DNA of 64,000 nt. Origin: the human T2T-CHM13v2.0 reference genome, Homo sapiens. Shown piece after piece: positions 59,635 through 64,000 of this stretch. Position 1 is the stretch's first letter. Every line of letters begins with the position of its first letter. The notes under the pieces are model-generated. The model was given only the letters and a program-made list of their open reading frames with translations, was not told the DNA's origin and made no database searches. A program made the translations under genes and the position numbers. The stretch lies in assembly GCF_009914755.1 (NCBI RefSeq), contig NC_060930.1; one strand, 5' to 3'.

Positions 59635-60809
59635 CTGCAGGCAGCAGGAACCTGGCATAGACCCCACCGCCTGCTGTGCCCACTCCTCATGCTCCCTCCA
59701 CCTCACTAACCTCCACTCTTACCTGGTTTTCTTCTATTCTCACACACTGCTTCCTGGTTTGCAGGGAGAGAGAGAGAGAGAGAGATATTCAGCTCACAAG
59801 AGAATCTCATGATTTTTGAATGCTTGATGAACAAAACCTCATAGTCTTTAAACTGGCCAGCTGATAAAGTAACAAATTCATTCATGTGCTAATTTGCTCA
59901 TTCAATCAATGACAGCAGAAGAAGAGGACCCTGTGCTAGGCTCGAGGCTGTGTGTGGGGGAACAGGAAGTTGTCCCGAAACACAGGACAGTGGGGTGTGA
60001 GAGGTGCAGCGTCAACTGCAGAAAGAGCTGATGCTTGAGCACAGTCTTGAGGAATGAGCACGACTTGGTTTAGTGAATAATTGGGGACCTTTGTGCACAG
60101 ACCAGGAAAGCAGATGGGCTTGGGAAACTGTATCATAATACAACAGCCATGGTGTGGAGTAAAGGCATGGAAACTGAGGGACTGAGGATGGTGGCAACGG
60201 GCTGGGAGACGCAGGCTGTGCCCAGTTGGTTTGTGTTACTAAATGGATAAGAAAAGATGTGGTGGCTCTTGACAAGTGATGCCTCAGGCTGTGCCCACAG
60301 AGAGGGGCAGGACTCCTGGGCCTGCAAGAGTTAAGCAGGGCTCTGCTGGAGGCTGCAGAGAGAGAGATAGCCTGTCAGGCTCAGATGGGACAGGACAGGT
60401 TTACAGGGAGACAATTAGACCAGAATCCATCCAGACCCATGGGGCGGATGAAGCCTGAGGGTCTAAGCCTAATGCACTGTCTGATTTTAGTAAGTTCAGG
60501 AAGTCAAATAGGCATATGCACTTGAAAGTAGATTTGAGCCCATCAAGATTTAGGAAGAAAAGACACAGAAACCACTGGCCAAAGGCCTAAGCTGATTCTA
60601 ATATGTCTGGTATTTAAGCAGCGACTGTGCAGGAAATCATCAGAGTTCAAATGGACAATCCATCTTCAGACCAGAATGGAGGAGCAGTGGGAATAACCAG
60701 CAGCCAGAATGAGCACATGAGCTTCCAAACAACAGCTTTCTGCATCCTCCTCAATAGGGAAAGAAAAAGAATGAAAAGAAATGAAGTGAAAAATAAAGTC
60801 TGGGTCTCC

Positions 60810-61415
60810 AGTTGGATTTGTGCCTTTTGCTAAAGAGTAGTATTCTATCTTTCCTTCTTTCCCTCCCCATGCTGCAGCAAATACATGGAGAGAGGGTTGA
60901 CTCCCCCACTGTGTTGCAATAGCATGATTTGAGGGGTTGATACCAGCTCCATGGATGGACTCTGTGGTCTACACTAAACAATTGTAATTTGGTCCTCTAA
61001 GTAGAGATTGGTTCAGGAACCTAGGCCTAAGCCCGTTAGGGAATGGATTGATTCAGAAACGGGCATGTGGCTCAATTCAAACCAACGCAATGCAAGAAGT
61101 CTGGGTTTCTGGGTTTCTGCTCTTCAGAGAACCACAAGACATAAAACTCTCTCCCACTGGATGTGAACAGAGAAGCACGGAGTCCTGACTGAGCTGCAGC
61201 CAAACCACGACTCCTCAGAAAGCTAGTTTGTGGATGAAACTGATATTGCAGATGTCAGAAGATACCTGGATGCTTGAAGACCAACCACACTGAGCTGCTG
61301 GATCAAACAGCCCCGGAGTGCACCATAACCTTGGATTTCTGTATGCGAGTCATTTCATTTTCTCTTAAAGCTGACTTTAGTGGAGTTTCTTTTTCTTTGC
61401 AATTAAAACACCCTA
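60810..61415 (+). mobile_element. Old MaLR LTR (MLT1J-like)
   Basis: gattggttcagg...gggcatgtgg...gagctgctggatcaa...ttgcaattaaaacaccctaa. Confidence 0.55.
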
Positions 61416-62565
61416 ATGGTCCCCCCTCAATTTGGACGAACCCTCAGTCTCATGGTTCAGCATGCTTCTCACTCAATGTTCACCTAAGTGCGGGTGCTTG
61501 TCTATTAGCACCTTAAAAATGCAAAATGTGAATTGAAATTTCTAACATGATATTTTTAAGTTTGTTCTTTTATAATCTACAATGTTTCAACAAATTAGTG
61601 TTGCACACAATAAAAATTGTGCAATTGCAAGTACACAAACACACAAATACATTATTCCCTCCAAAACGTTGATTTTTTTTTCCCCTCGTTAAGATTACAC
61701 TAAGTAGACAGTAGGGCTCTAGTAAAAACAGTGAGCAAAAACCATAGTAACAGGCATGACACCAAGGATATCACAATAGCCCACATTCTACATGAGTAAA
61801 TAGTCTGTTTGCTGCGCTACTCTGTGGTCAGGTCTGCGCAACGCTAAACATCTGGTTGAAAACTAATCAAGTAATAATGAGGGTCTCCAAATAGTCATGG
61901 CTTTCGAATATGAAATAGAATTTTATATGTTAAAGTTTTCATCCCACAATCTACCTATAACACAGTTTGTTGGAATTAAATTAAAATCTAAATGTTAACA
62001 TTTGTGTACTTTGCAAATTAAGAGTTAACATATTGTATTCCTCAATTACTCCATAGACCAGAACTAGAAAATAAAACATAAAATTGAAGTCCCTGTACTT
62101 TTCCTTAATAAGGTCATCTAAATTTTGAGACTCCTATACATTTTCCAGATGTAGATTCCACATTAATTTCACAATTTAATTTTGAAACATACATTTATTT
62201 CAAGTGTTCACAGATGTTAGAATTCAAATACTCATATTTAAGACACATACATTCTCTGGCAGTAGTAAATATATACTATATTTTTGAAGAATTCACAGAA
62301 CACTTCAAAAAATGTTTGTGTAAGGTCGAGGAAAAAAGTAACGACATTTTAACTGAAATCTGCCTCATGACAATTATGAAAGAACAAAAGCAGATAATTA
62401 ACCTGTTTATTGTAATATAAACACCAGTAAGTTTTAGATAAACTATCTAATGAATGGTCTAGAATATAACAATATGGTAAACATCATCTCCAAACAAATT
62501 TTTAAATATTTGACTTAAGTGGAAAATAAAAAGCAATAGTATTGGCATTTGCCCAAGACACTCAC

Positions 62566-62641
62566 TTGCAGGTTCCTGTATTGATTTTCTAGATCTACAG
62601 AGTATCTTTCATCTCGAGAATTCCAATGTAATGTCAAAAAT
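62566..62641 (-). other. Candidate minus-strand exon (76 nt)
   Basis: Minus-strand acceptor ggttattttcaag| and donor CAA|GTGAGT; one open frame FLTLHWNSRDERYSVDLENQYRNLQ. Confidence 0.35.
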
Positions 62642-62748
62642 CTTGAAAATAACCAGGGGCTAACACACTGCCTAGTTCTCCTCAAAAAACTCCCTAAGCG
62701 ATTATATATCCATCAACATGTAAGAATCAGCTTAAACAATTATATTTA

Positions 62749-63150
<402 letters not shown>

Positions 63151-63467
63151 ATGACCACATACATAAAGAAAAAAATACCAAATTGATTATTTGGATCTGA
63201 ATAAATAGGCAGTAACTAACTATTTAGCCTAATGTTTTTAAGCTACTATCATCTGATATATTTTTGGAGACTCTCAAATTTTCTGCCTAGATTATTAAAT
63301 TTTCACTTCTTCATTTCAGTAATAATCTAACATAGTGAATGCAAGCATGCTCTGGGTTATTTAGGTGTCTGATTTCATTTGTGGTTGTGCTTCTTGATTA
63401 CATGGTCATCAGGTAACATCACTTTAAGTTTGGTGGGCTATGCATAGATAGACTTAATAGATCAAGG

Positions 63468-63789
<322 letters not shown>

Positions 63790-64000
63790 TAACTCAGTGA
63801 AGGTAAATTTCCTTGCAGACCACAGAAGAAATACATATTTTGCAATATTCTGAATAAAGAAAAGAGTTAGCAGAATTGCATCGCCTCAAGAGCGGAGCCT
63901 GCCAAAGACCACAGAGGAGGGGAGGGGCAGACAGGAAGATTGTCAAGGTTAGGTGCAAATTTGTTTCACTGATGCTGTTAATTTGAATTAGATTGGTTTC

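Noticed and set aside
61808-61850. Possible hairpin RNA (gtttgctgcgc...gcgcaacgctaaac)
   Set aside because: Stem is short and imperfect; no tRNA, snoRNA or miRNA hallmarks.

Overview
Human genomic DNA, shown by a young AluYb8-type insertion with intact target-site duplications (TSDs). About half of the window is interspersed repeat: more than 35 Alus, L1 and L2 fragments, MIRs, MaLR LTRs (THE1/MST/MLT1), ERV1 solo LTRs (MER34-, MER39- and MER61-like) and microsatellites. I recognise no conserved protein-coding gene, RNA gene or CRISPR array. Most of the longer ORFs in the track come from Alus, LTRs or simple repeats. The first ~22 kb carries + strand exon-like segments with canonical splice signals. 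From memory this resembles the 3' part of C6orf99/LINC02901 on 6q25.3, but I have not verified that. The most interesting signal is inside this unit: four small exons (12286-12314, 12667-12712, a 15-nt microexon at 16900-16914, 18197-18259) chain with compatible phases into one open frame, MGNCLSKGKR-RPWEENTYPAIFSTQ-DYQIK-KVITLNFQAKREYHEARIFFK. It begins with an N-myristoylation/palmitoylation-type motif, so it is a candidate unannotated or decayed membrane-anchored microprotein gene; its first splice donor is weak. Other signals are a probable Alu-Alu gene-conversion tract, a ~62-bp inverted templated insertion, a 95-bp dispersed direct duplication, several fold-back micro-palindromes, two CpG-retaining GC-rich segments and minus-strand exon candidates near the right end. 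Repeat subfamily names come from remembered consensus sequences, and repeat boundaries are approximate unless a TSD is quoted.
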